Origin: Callorhinchus milii
Lineage: Eukaryota
Reading direction: 5' to 3'
Assembly: GCF_018977255.1 (NCBI RefSeq)
Contig: NW_024704742.1
Span: forward strand, 94,676,001-94,740,000
Length of the DNA: 64,000 bases
In this document: one piece after another, positions 1-11,989 of the stretch
How positions within the stretch are numbered: position 1 is the stretch's first letter
Layout of the letters: each line of letters starts with the position of its first letter
Notes under the pieces: model-generated
The model's input: only the letters and a program-made list of their open reading frames with translations
Told to the model about the DNA's origin: nothing
Databases searched by the model: none
Made by a program: the position numbers and the translations under genes

Positions 1-910
1 TATAAGTACACAATATATTGCAATTGAACTGAATAGTTTTGATTGAACCACCTTCAAAGATTCAACAAGTCCATTTATGGGACATTGTTACAGTTAGAAA
101 CCCATTTCTTCTTGTATGAAGGAACAAAAACTTTTGTTGAATTTTTGAATTTCATTCAAGCTACAATCCCCCCCACACTATTTTTCAGACTTTATTTCAA
201 TAAGTACATTAATACATAAAATACAAATAAATGTCTCTGCAAGGTTGTTGTCAATCATTAACTAAGTGAAGGACTTGAGCATGGATGTTGATTTCAGTGG
301 AGATGGTCAGAATTTGCAATGAATCTTTTCGTACCCTGTCACTGGTTCCTTTCAGTACAGCATTTTAATGTGAGCAACATTCTTAGTTAAACCTGAAGAA
401 AATATTCACTTAACAATTAAGTATTTGTTAAAAATTTAAATCCATCCATTCGTTCTGTGAATTTGTTCATGGAAGATAAGGTAATATTTGATGGATTCCT
501 TCCTTAGAACTACCTATTAATAATACTTGTATTTGATTTAGTGGCTTATCGTGTTGTTGAGACGTCTCAAAGCCTTCATAGAATATATTGTAAAGTGAAT
601 TGACTGTATATTTTCTGGTGAAATGCGGCAGCCAATTGCACACAGCAGTGTCTCACAAATAGTCGTGGATTGAGTGATCACTTTTTTTTATAACTACATT
701 TTATTTTGAATTCTACTTTGTCCTGTTCTGTTACAAGTCCCGCCTGAAAACCTTCCTGATTCTCCCCCCACACTTCCCCCTCCGGTTCGGAGTCAGGCTC
801 CGCCACTGTTAAGCGCTCTGAGATGCTACCTTGCGTGGAGGGCGCTATATAAGTGCAAGTTGTTGTTAATTATCGGTAAGAACTGAATAAATAAATGTTC
901 TCTGCTACAG

Positions 911-994
911 GACCAAAATATTTCAAGATATCGAGAGACTGATTCATGCAAATGATGTCATAGATAAGATTGTATATGATCTTGATTTAATAAG
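911..994 (+). CDS. AGTPBP1: AGTPBP1/CCP1 internal coding exon (1st in window)
   Basis: ctacag|...|gtgagt; phase 2/2; translates [27 protein letters not shown], matching CCP1 as recalled ([20 protein letters not shown]). Confidence 0.93.
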
Positions 995-1004
995 GTGAGT
1001 TTAA

Positions 1005-1262
1005 TGCCAGCCTCCTACTTGTTCCTTGCACACTCTGCTCCACCATTGGAGGTCGCGCTTTAGTCATTTCGCCCTGCAACTGTGGAACACTCCCTCTCAA
1101 TCCCTCCCCCTTGCCCATTCTCTCCCCTTTTTCAAGTCCTGCTAGAAAACCTTCCTTTTCGGTCCTGCTTATGGTCACCCCCCTCAGTGTCAGGCTCTAC
1201 CACTGCTAAGTGCTCTGAGATGCGTAACTTGTATGGAGGGCGCTATATAAGTGCATGTTGTT
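1005..1262 (+). mobile_element. L2 LINE 3' fragment occupying most of a short intron
   Basis: GGTCGCGCTTT...TGTGGAACAC..., tail AAGTGCTCTGAGATGCG...GAGGGCGCTATATAAGTGCA; related tail at ~735-868. Confidence 0.75.
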
Positions 1263-1367
1263 TAATAAAATCTGGCTCATCGTTGCTGATTTTTCCACTT
1301 CAAAAGTTAAAGTTTATCTCTGATGTTGAAATTATATACTTGATGTCTTCCCCCCTCTCTCACTCAG

Positions 1368-1454
1368 CTATCCGTTAACTGAAGATGGAGACACTCTGAG
1401 GTTCAATTCACGATTTGAATCTGGAAATCTACGAAAAGCAATTCAAATCCGAAA
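1368..1454 (+). CDS. AGTPBP1: AGTPBP1 coding exon (2nd in window), FESGNL motif
   Basis: actcag|...|gtaagt; [34 protein letters not shown] is a conserved CCP prodomain motif. Confidence 0.96.
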
Positions 1455-1735
1455 GTAAGTTTGAAGAGTTTCTTTTTTAAACAAACAAATGATTTTTTAT
1501 AAGCAGAATAAGATTAAACTGTTTAATGTGCTGCAACAATTGCTGTGCCCTCTACTTCAAACAAATCAACTGCACAGAAATGCGCAGATGGTCATCTCAT
1601 ATATGCCATCAAGGCTAGTACTCATCAGCCTATTGTTCTTGAATGGGGTTGGAAGGGCTCTTTCTGAACAGTGTTTCTTTCAACCCTTCTCAACATGAAA
1701 TCTTTCTTTCAACCCTTCTCAGCATGCACCCTATA

Positions 1736-2400
1736 CAATAACAACAACTTGGATTTATATAGTGCCCTCCACACCTGACGACATCTCAGAGCACTTCACA
1801 GTAACGTATCCTGGGGCTGAGCCAGGGGGAGAGGGAGGAAGGTGACCAAAAGTGCGGTCGAAAAGAAAGGTCTTCAGCAGGGACCTGAAAATAGGAAGAG
1901 AGGGGGCGATTCAAAGGGTGTGAGGAAGGGAGTTCCAGAGCCTCGGGACATAGTGCCTGAAGGCACGGCCGCCGAGGGTGGAGTGGAAGACTCGGGGGAC
2001 AAGGAGGAGGCCAGACCCGGAGGAACGAAGGCAATGGGTACTGTTTTGGGGAGAGAGGAGGTCAGAGAGGTAGGGGGGTGCAGAGGAGTGGAGGGATTTG
2101 AAGACAAGGGTGAGGATCTTGAAGTCAATCCTCTCTGGGATAGGGAGCCAGTGCAGTCTGGCAAGGACTGGAGTAATCGGGGAGCGGAGTTTGGTGCGGG
2201 TGAGAATGCGGGCGGCAGAGTTTTGAATAATCTGGATTTTATGGATGGCAGTGGATGGGAGGCCGGGAGGAGGACGTTAGAATAGTCCAGCCGAGAGGTG
2301 ACAAAGGCATGGAACAGGGTTTTAGTGGCTTTCGGAGAGAGGTATTGGCGGAGACAGGTGATGCGTCGGAGGTGGAAGAAAGCAATACTGGTGAGGGATA
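1736..2400 (-). mobile_element. L2 LINE 3' fragment (second subfamily)
   Basis: Purine-rich on +; minus strand has degenerate SRLDY, DFKIL and LWNSLP coding segments and a (TTG)n tail. Confidence 0.8.
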
Positions 2401-3149
2401 CTGATACTGCATACTGCTAATATGTGCAACTTTGAAATGTTAAAGTGGCATTTGGAACTTGAATTCCACCCATTCGAAGGCTGCTGCTCAAATCTTACAG
2501 ATGTAGGTCCATCCAACACTTTCACAATAGGCCAACAGTGATAGCAAAATTTCTGAACTGTGCTACAATTGTCTCAATGCAAACCTTTTCCTGAGATGAA
2601 CTTACCTCTGTAAATTGGTTACAGGCTCCTGCAGATTTGGTCTGGTAGCTGTGCAATCTTTCTTTGCACACTCACATGCAAATGTTCTCCAATTTTCATT
2701 TATTTTCACAATTTATTTGATCAATACCACATTATTGAACTGAGGTTGGGTAAGTCACCTGCTCCCAAACATCTGTAATGAGCCAACCACCAAAAACTCT
2801 TAGTGTTTCGCAACCTCTTTTCTTCAAACTCTCGTCGAGACAGCAACTTGTATGGAGAATCATACGTATTGCCCCACGCAAAGGTCAAAAAACAATGGAT
2901 CACAACAGGATTCAATAAATAGCGATTCATTTGTAAATAGAGAATTCTACTGATAACTGTCAGTATGCTGTTGTAAGAGGAATGGTGTAACAGTTGGGTT
3001 ACCAAAAGGATCACCTAGTAGGGCTTTTGAGTCACTAATGTGAAATTGTGTTGAAAACCATTGCTTTTCCCACCCTGATGTTTCATCCATGTTATTGTTG
3101 TTTTTGATTGTCTGAAGACTATTGGATCACATAATGGTTTAAATTCTAG

Positions 3150-3410
<261 letters not shown>

Positions 3411-4079
3411 TGACTGCCCACCTTGTTTACTTGTTATCTCCAGTTGTCAAGTAGAAATGCATTAGAAATAGCACGCGCTCTCCTCGTTCCTGCTGCTTCT
3501 GCAGTCGGAGCCTGCATGGATATGGATGGCAAATAATGAGCAAATTGTCCCACTCTCCTCGTTGAAGAAATTCAACCTGAGGTTAGATTATCAACTTTTT
3601 TCCCGGAATCAGTGCATGCAAATTTTGGACAATTCAGTCTGAATTTTTCAGCTTGTTTTCTACAGAAAACCAGCTTGATAAGTGAGAGTAGGTTCCAAAT
3701 TTGTCTGAAATTTGAAAGCTTGAAATGCTAAGGAAAAAAAAGTTTTGATTGCCTGCCTTGCCCTACCCTGCACTTTGTATTGATGGGCAGTAAAGCCTGA
3801 GTCTTATCAATCATTGCCTCCATGCAACTGTTATTTTTAGAAATGGTGGCAGTGAAAGTGAAGACAGTGGCAGCCCTACCACCAACAGGACTAGTAGGAC
3901 CAACAACACCTCTGTACCAAGATTCAGTAATTTTATTTGCACCTACCAGTGATGGGGGGAAAAAAGTAAGGAGGGAAGCAAGAGGGCTTTGGCTACTGAG
4001 GCCACCTGGTTATTTCTCACATTCCCTGACTCAGATTCCACATCATCAATACATATATCACTGTTAAGTCATTTGTGAG

Positions 4080-4500
4080 CATGTCTTGACATGTGGAAAC
4101 CCATCACCATGCTTAAGAGTATCCAAACCAAGCTGAGATTTCCATGCATCCCACCTACACATGGAAATCCCAGAGATAGATTGTTGGAATGGAATGTGCA
4201 CTCTCTCCCTGGAGGGATGTATCCTGCTTACTTAATTCCAGAAAGAATCAGGTGCAGGTTGGTAAGAGTCAAGGCTTGGGGACCCCAGAGTGTGCATTGA
4301 GGTACTGCTGGAGACCAACCAACTAAAACAGCAAAGCTTACCATTGATATGTCTGGCAAGCCTCCTCGCTGCTTGTCTATCAAGGACCACCATACCCGTT
4401 AGTGCTTTGGCTTGCAGGGTTAACAGTGGGATAATTCTCTGCCTCCAGTGACTGGTCTGCCCTTCCAAGTCCTGCTGTTCAGCCAGGCTGGCTGTGCTGT
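4080..4500. repeat. Unclassified dispersed repeat, copy 1 of 5
   Basis: Shares GAAACCCA(T/G)CACCAT.CTTAAGA.TAT.CAAACC, CTAATTCCAGA, GTACTGCTGGA..CAACTAAAAC and TGCAGGGTTAA(C/T)AG blocks with 28318-28575 (same strand) and 26270-26620, 55262-55577, 57650-57955 (opposite strand). Confidence 0.75.
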
Positions 4501-5727
4501 GGGCTTCTGTTTGTCACTTTAAGCATAAATCAACAATGTGAAATGCCAATCTTTTTTGGTATTTTTGTTAGGGTATCAGGCACCAGACATGACCTCAGAT
4601 GCCATTTTTCCACCATTGACACCAGCAAAGGTGAATGTGCAGCCAAATGGATAAATAAATTTAAAAAATAAAAATGGAGCTAGGCAAACCTGGAAGTTGT
4701 CGTTTATAAGCATTAGGATAATAATTTTAGGGATGTGTAAGGGTGTTCAATAGTAGGTAGATTTGTGTTTGCTCCTTTAGGCACCCAGTTCACCAATTTG
4801 GCTGAGAAGTAATTAGTGCGTAATAATGTTTTGTTGAAATTCAGTGGAGGTGAACAAAATGATGAATTGCATGAGAAAGTGAAATTGAACTGCATGATGT
4901 GATGAGTATTTTTGTTCCCTAGAGTAGACTGAATTACAGGTTGTTCCTTTCTTGTAAATGAGCTACAATCTGATGTATTGTCTAACACTGTTGGTTGTGG
5001 GGGTGGGTTGTGGGGGGGGGCGGAGGAATACTGTTTCTTGTTTGGTTGATTTAAGGTATTTATCTCATCAGTGATACTGTCAATCATTCAACTAATGTTT
5101 TGGGTAAAGCATTTAATAAGTCAATAATGCTGTATCAGTAGGATGACTGGGCAGTGAGTCATTTTCAAATATCATAGCGTTTATGTAAAGGGAATTCCCG
5201 CAGGCTTCAAGACAAACGTTTTTACATCTATTGATGATGCATCTCTGCATGTGTGGAACACCAAGTGCTGTGGAGTATGCAGCCTCAAGGTGCTACATGA
5301 GTCTAAATGTTAACAAGCATAGAAGAGTGTGTGCGGTCTTGTAATGTGTGGGCATTTTTCTGATCCCAGATAGTATTGTGGGAGGCGGACAGAGTAGTAC
5401 ACTGAAACTCAAGCAAGGTAATTTAGTGCAGCTAAAAACAGCACTGGTAGCACTTGCATTAATATAGTGCTCTTCACCCGGTCAGTTCTAATGACCAGCA
5501 AGTTGGAATCTGCATTATATACGCAGGGTTATTGGAATTTTTTTTGATTTTCATTGGCTGCTGATTATTATTTTTCACTTTTTATAAGTTTTTTTTCAAT
5601 GAATTTTCATACTTGGTGGGTAAAAAACAGGCAAATCAACAATCATAATATTCAGTCAAACACCTGGGGCTCTTCTGCTGCCTCAGTAAAAGTGAGCGTT
5701 TTAAACTCCCATTGTGAATCATTCAAA

Positions 5728-6136
5728 CTACAACAACATTTGTATAGTGCCTTTCATGTCAGGAGGACGACCGATCTGGTGGTTGGGATCAGGATGAGTG
5801 GAGGGCGGGGGGGGGGGGGGGGGGTAGGATAGTGACCGAACACACGGTCGAAGAGCAGGGGTCTTGAGACGGGTTTTGAAGGAAGCAAGGAAGGTGGTGA
5901 GGCGGAGGGACTGTGGATGGAGTTCCAGAGGGTGGGGGCAGAGAGGCTGAAGGCCCACCTGCCAATGGTGGGGCGGGCAAGGCGGGGGACATGAAGCAAC
6001 CTGGAGCCCGCTGAGCGGAAGGAGCGGACAGGTTGGTAGAGGGTCAGGAGTTCACAGAAGTATGGAGGAGCGAAGCAGTGGAGGACTTTGAAGGTGAGGA
6101 CTAGGATCTTGAACTGTATCTCTGAGTGATGGGGGA
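5728..6136 (-). mobile_element. L2 LINE 3' fragment
   Basis: ORF reads IQFKILVLTFKVLHCFAPPYFCELL...AFSLSAPTLWNSI; a short opposite-strand L2 tail follows at ~6150-6243. Confidence 0.85.
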
Positions 6137-7108
6137 GTTTAGGCTCTTTCTCCCTCGTGTCCAAAAGCCCTGACTGTCCAACGCCTTGGGACATCTTTCT
6201 GACATGAAGGGGGCTATAGAAGTGTAATTTGTTGTTGTTGTTGCACAACTGTGACCCAACTAACTTTGTAAAGCTCCAAAACGTGTTAATTCATTTTTTT
6301 TGCGTAATTCTCCGTCTTCTGGTATTGCTAAAGAAATCTATTTTTCTTGATAAAAAGTTACTTGTGTCAGACTGTAGAATATTTCAGAAAAACAACTAAT
6401 ATCAATGTTTGCTGATTTTTTTTCCAAATCCAGAGAAGCCTAAACATATCCAGGGAAGATTTTAAATGTACTGTGTAAAGCCGTGTCTGTGTCTCAAAGC
6501 AATAAACCAGTCACGTTACTTGATGACTAGGTAGCAGAATTCTAAACACTTATAGCTGTTAGGTCTAAATCAAATTATAGCAGAGACTAAATTCGGTATT
6601 GTTTTATAAATAAAAACTCTTTGTTTTGAATGCTTTTATAAGAAGCAAAAAGGTCTGTCATTATTACTAATTATTTTTGAATTTTATATCAAGAGTGCAT
6701 TTTTTAATTAATAGCAAAAGATGAGAAATTTATCTTTCAAGAATTGTATTCCATCAAGAAGACCTATTTTTGACAAGTTAAGCTATCCACCATGTGTTTT
6801 CTTATGATGGGTGGGCAGGCACCTCAGCTTGCCTGTACATCCCATTACAGGGTTGGAATGTAAAATACTGCACTCATGACGTCTACACACAGCAGACAAA
6901 CTGTCCAGCCAAGATATAGTCACAATAGTTGATTTAGAAGAAACTCTGCATGAGGCAATATTGCTTGAGAAGTTGTTGGCTTCACGTTTGAGTGAAATTT
7001 ATTTTACAACTCATAGCACCTACTCACTTTCCATGACTTGAAACAGCTTTTTTTAAAATCTATTTTACTGTTGTAGTATGTTGTAGGTAATAAGCAGACA
7101 ATCCATTT

Positions 7109-7483
7109 GGGTGTCAGTCTGGCTCAGCTGTGTCAGAAAGGTTGTGGGTTTGATCTCCACATCAAGACCTTCTGTTTATAGTCTAGGTGACACTCCATTG
7201 CAGTGCATTGCTTCAGGTAGGATAAGATGTTAAGTTGAGGTCCCATCTGCCTGTTCATTATTCAAAAAGAGAAGGTAGTTTCTGACCAGTGTCCTGACCA
7301 ACAATTTTCCAGATAAAATTGACTTCTTAGATGTTTGTGAGACAAATCGGTTGCTTTGTTCACCCACAAATACAGTCAAGTCATTACACTTTACAGAACC
7401 TTTGAGATGCTTTGAGATATTCTCGACACGATAACATGACTTAATAATGTCCTATACCAAATGTAAGGATTATTATTATAATT
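7109..7483 (+). mobile_element. DeuSINE-like element, diverged
   Basis: Collinear similarity with the 44557-44977 and 51455 copies. Confidence 0.7.
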
Positions 7484-7649
7484 ACACTGATGAACAAATA
7501 TATAAATCTTTCTATTTCTAATTAGTGTTTATGCATGTTGGCTATTTTGGAACAAAACAACAAATTATTTAAAAAATTGCTGTTACGAATTCACTTTAAG
7601 ACTTGTTTGTATTTGTTTTACAATAAACGTAGAATCAACTAGGACATTG

Positions 7650-7866
7650 GGAGAAACTTTCTTTTTGAAATATGCCATGGGATCTTTAAAATCCACCTGA
7701 ACAGGCAGACAGCACCTCGGTTTAACGTCTCATCCAAAGCATGGCACCTTCAAAAATCCATTTGAGTGTCATCTTAGACTATATGAGACCCAAGTCATGA
7801 CATGGGGCTTGAACCCAGAATCTCTGACTAAGAGGCAAGAGTGCTACCAAATCAGCCAGGTTGTCG
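7650..7866 (-). mobile_element. DeuSINE-like element, 5' half
   Basis: TGCCATGGGATCTTTAAAATCCACCTGAACAGGCAGAC..CCTCGGTTTAACGTCTCATCC matches 44778-44850. Confidence 0.75.
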
Positions 7867-7941
7867 CTTTTTATTGTTGCTCTCACATCACAAGCCATGT
7901 CTAAATATAACTAGCAATGTAATTAAATTTATATTTGATAT

Positions 7942-8120
7942 AGGAATAATTTGATATAGTGCCTTATCATGTCTTCGAAACGTCTCAAAGTGCTTCACAC
8001 AATATACTGAATTGACTTGACTGTATATTTTCGTGAATTGAATTGACTGCATATTTTGTTGGCGAAATTCAGCAGCCAATTGCACACAGCAGTGTCCCAC
8101 AAACAACTGTGGATTGAATA
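7942..8120 (-). mobile_element. SINE 3' fragment
   Basis: CAGCCAATTGCACACAGCAGTGTCCCACAAAC block and tail; a similar fragment lies at ~525-680. Confidence 0.75.
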
Positions 8121-8381
8121 TCGAATTTATTTTATTTTTTTCATTTTTCACTTTTTTTTAAGTACTTCTCACATCAGGATGATGTCTCAAAGTGCTTCAC
8201 AGGATTTTCTGTAAAGTATGGTGCCTGTATTTTGTAGACAAACGTGGTAGAGAAACTAGAGATTAAACCTCATAGCTATAAAGTCTTGGTAATTTGCTGG
8301 CACTGAAACTTGCCCGTTATGTTTGGTATTTTACTCAACTGGATTCTAGTGTTGTTAGTAATTATTATTTTTGTTTTAAAG

Positions 8382-8469
8382 GTATGCATCCATTAATGTA
8401 CTCTGTTCAGGCAGCCTTGAATGGCAGCCCACAGTGGATTCGCACAGGAACAGATATCTGTTACTACAA
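8382..8469 (+). CDS. AGTPBP1: AGTPBP1 coding exon (4th in window)
   Basis: ttaaag|...|gtaagt; [29 protein letters not shown]; frame continuous with neighbouring exons. Confidence 0.95.
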
Positions 8470-10727
8470 GTAAGTATGTGTACTTCGGGTGACCAAAGGC
8501 ACGGTCGAAGAGGAGGGTTTTGAAGGAGGCAAGGGAGGGTGCAAGGGGAAGGGTCTGTGAAATGGAGTTCCCCCCTTGCCATTTCAAATTAATTGGCAAC
8601 TCATTGTAGCATATTGCTTTTGCAAATTAACAACCATATGGTCTTACATAACATTCACTTCATTTCTGTTTAATCTCTGTAATGTGCTTTCAGACTTACC
8701 GAAAAGCACTGTATAATTGTAAGATATTATTGAACGGCACAAGAGGTGAGAGGACTGAGCCATTTCAGCGGTGTGTGGAATGGTACTTTTCTTTGTGATC
8801 CTTCCTGGATTATTTTATACTTTTTATAATTATATAAATAGTTCTGTAAATCTGAGACTGCTGTCTCTCCAACGAAGAATTATGTTCAACACTGACTTTA
8901 AGATGGATGTCAGGGATAGATTTCATACAAAGGCTACTTTATGTCTCCGAATTATCAAATCTTTTGCTCCTTGTTCTGACCATAACTGTATGAAGACTCA
9001 GATCGTGGAGTTCAGAGCACTGTACTCTCTTGACTTTCATTTCTGAATTTCTCCAAGCACCCGAACCAATTATCTAAATAAATTATCATTCACCTGTTTT
9101 TGGGACCTTTTCACAAAATAACTGCTATTTACATGGATTTTTTTTAGAAAAATTGTACTTTGTGGTCTGTTGCAACCCAATTCTAAGAAACGAGGAAACT
9201 ATTTAATGTACACAATGCCAAAGGAAATCTTGGACTAAACTTGTAACAGTTGGGGAGCTTGAATGAGTTTCACAGTTGGAGAGTAATGAACAATAGTGTT
9301 ATAGAATGCACGTAAAGAGCGATGGGTAGATAGAAGAATATTGGATGAAGATAATATACCAATAGGAAAACAATTATATGGTGATTTTTGTTGTTAATTT
9401 CACAAATGTAAATATAACTGGAGCAATTAAAGGTAGGCTGTGAAAATTCAGATTAAATTCCTTGCGCAAACTGGACTCGGAAGCTGTAATGCACAAGACT
9501 TTGAAATTGAAGCTATTGTTACTTAACACTAGGGGGCAAATTGTGATATTGTAAATTATTAAAATAGGTATTGCATGTTGTGAACAATAATTTGTTACCA
9601 AAGCTTAAACATAAAAATGTAGAATATTGATTTAAAATACAGGGCTCATCTCTATAAATCACCTTTAGACTTTTTAAAAAAATAAATTGTATTGTGGGAA
9701 AAGTGCCTTTTGATATTTGATGAACAGCAGCTATACAGGGAACGGGGGGAAGTTAAAAGCTAGTTAATTTATTGAGATATTTCTGCACGTGGTATTGATT
9801 CACCTCAAAGCTCCAAGCCTAGGGAAAGCGGCTGCAGGGAGGGAGAAAAAGCTCTGGCCTACACTGGTCTGGTGTTGACCACTATGGAGGCAGATGCATT
9901 TCTGTGGACAGCAGGACAGTGATGATGTTCTCACACATTCCATGCTGAGCTGTGCAGCTCACCAAGAAACTTGCAGGAAGTTTCTGGTACCTGCTATCTA
10001 CATAGTGAGGGCCCACTTGATCACAGCCTTCGAGAAAACCAATCTTAACATTTTCCGTATGTTTGTCCTAAAATTATCCATCACATATCTGAACTTTAAA
10101 AGTACTATGCAAATACGTATTATTATTATTATTGTTTTGAATCTTAGCCTTTATTCTACTGCCTTGGCATGTCAAACTATCATTCTGAGGTTACTTTGTT
10201 TATCTCCTTTGAGATGAGGGCTCTTTAGTCTTTTTTGTCTCTCTTCAAGCAAAGCCACTATTCAGGTTAAAATGAAGCATGTAGACGTTCCTAAACGTAA
10301 AAGGTTTTCTGCATCCCTAAGGTGAGATCCAGGACTAAGCTTTTGGTGATTTGTGGTTAAAAATAATCTCCAAATTTAGCTGGCGATTAAGTGTATTTAG
10401 CAACTAGCTGTGGAAAAACATTGATGTGAAATATATTGCATATAAATTATTAAGCAGTTCATGGCATTATCTCACATGTGTGGCATTAAATAATGCGAGT
10501 TGTTTTTGTCTGAAATGTAACCATGTACAGATCTGATTTAGTCCAAACAGCATTTGGAATACTGCTCTACTAGGAATTAAGTATTGTCTTCCTTTTGGTG
10601 GCCTGGTTAATCGGGGAAAAAATCCCCTTCTATGCACATCTCAAATTGCGCGAGTGAAGTGCTCACCCCAAGTTTGGTACTGTGAATTGTGGGTGAATTC
10701 TAACAAAATTTTACTTTTCTTCCATAG

Positions 10728-10872
10728 GAATCATTTTTCTAGAAGTTCAATGGCAGCTGGGGGTCAGAAAGGGAAGTCTTATTACACTCTGACATATACA
10801 GTGAATTTTTCTCACAAGGATGATGTGTGTTATTTTGCTTACCACTACCCATATACCTACTCTACCTTACAG
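10728..10872 (+). CDS. AGTPBP1: AGTPBP1 coding exon (5th in window), YPYTYS motif
   Basis: ccatag|...|gtaatg; [48 protein letters not shown]. Confidence 0.96.
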
Positions 10873-11835
10873 GTAATGTGTGTACAATGTGGTTTAAATC
10901 TAATTTACCTTTCAATCATTAATCAGAAGTAGAACAATGGGCAAAATAATCACATCCTTCAGAATGCGGTTACCTGTTTTATACACCATTAGTGTTTTCC
11001 CAAATTAAAACTTTAAACCTCTCCATCATGCTGGAATTTCAAGCCTGCATGTACAGAAATGCAAAACCAATTTGGCGGGAGAGGGAAAAATGTTTTCTAT
11101 TCAAACTATCCACTTGGCGAAAAGGAAAATATGGTTATAAAATGGAACTGTGTTGTTTGCACTCTCGGATAATTAATGTTCTCTGCTGACTGGTCTGGAG
11201 CCTTTGGACTGTTGCCCTTGCACGTCCTCAAAGTTGATTTCCTACACCCTCTTGGAATGTGTAGTATCTTTGGATTTCTTCTCTTTCATTGATCTCTCCT
11301 TGGATCCAGCAGATTCTGTGGGGATTCTTGATTGTCCTGAGGCCTGTAGCCAATTCCCATCTCTCAATAGCTCTCTTTCTAATTCAAGTTGTGTGTTTGT
11401 ATTGCTTGTTTTTTAGTATATTGATGACTCTCGTACTGTTTCACTATGTAATTAATACCTCTTAGCTACTGACAGTATAGGATTCTAGTTTCTGAGCCTC
11501 TCTCCCCAAATTTGGTCAGTGTTTTTGATATTTGTATATTGATTTGGAAAATGATTTTTTTTAAAAAAAGCTATCTCTAATGAGAGATTCCCCAGTTTTA
11601 CTGATATCTGGCCACACCCAACAACAGGGACTTCTTTGTGCCAGAGAACGTGTTTGAATGACGGTGCTGTCATTACATACCTGGATAAGCACAGTCTCTA
11701 ATAAAGGTGGAAAATGCAGAGTAAAAACTTATTGTAAAGAGATTATTCTAGGTTTCTTACACTATAGGTCATCATTCCTGAGTTTCCCCACACCGTAATG
11801 ACAAAATATTTAAACATTTGTTTTTGTTTACACAG

Positions 11836-11989
11836 ATGCACATTCAAAAGCTGCAAGCGTTACATGATCCTCAGCAGATCTATTTACAAGAAGATTCACT
11901 GTGTGAAACGTTAGGAGGTAATCCTTGCCCAGTACTGACCATCACTTCCATGCCAGAGTCTAAGCACTGGGAACACATTTGTCAGTTCA
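11836..11989 (+). CDS. AGTPBP1: AGTPBP1 coding exon (6th in window)
   Basis: acacag|...|gtgagt; MHIQKLQALHDPQQIYLQEDSLCETLGGNPCPVLTITSMPESKHWEHICQF. Confidence 0.95.

Noticed and set aside
1842..2285. 147 aa Gly/Glu-rich + strand ORF
   Set aside because: Antisense reading of an L2 remnant.
8380..8387. AG|GTATGC at an exon start (also AG|GTATTT at 24686), resembling recursive splice sites
   Set aside because: Explained by Gly/Val codons in constitutive exons; the introns are short and nothing else supports it.
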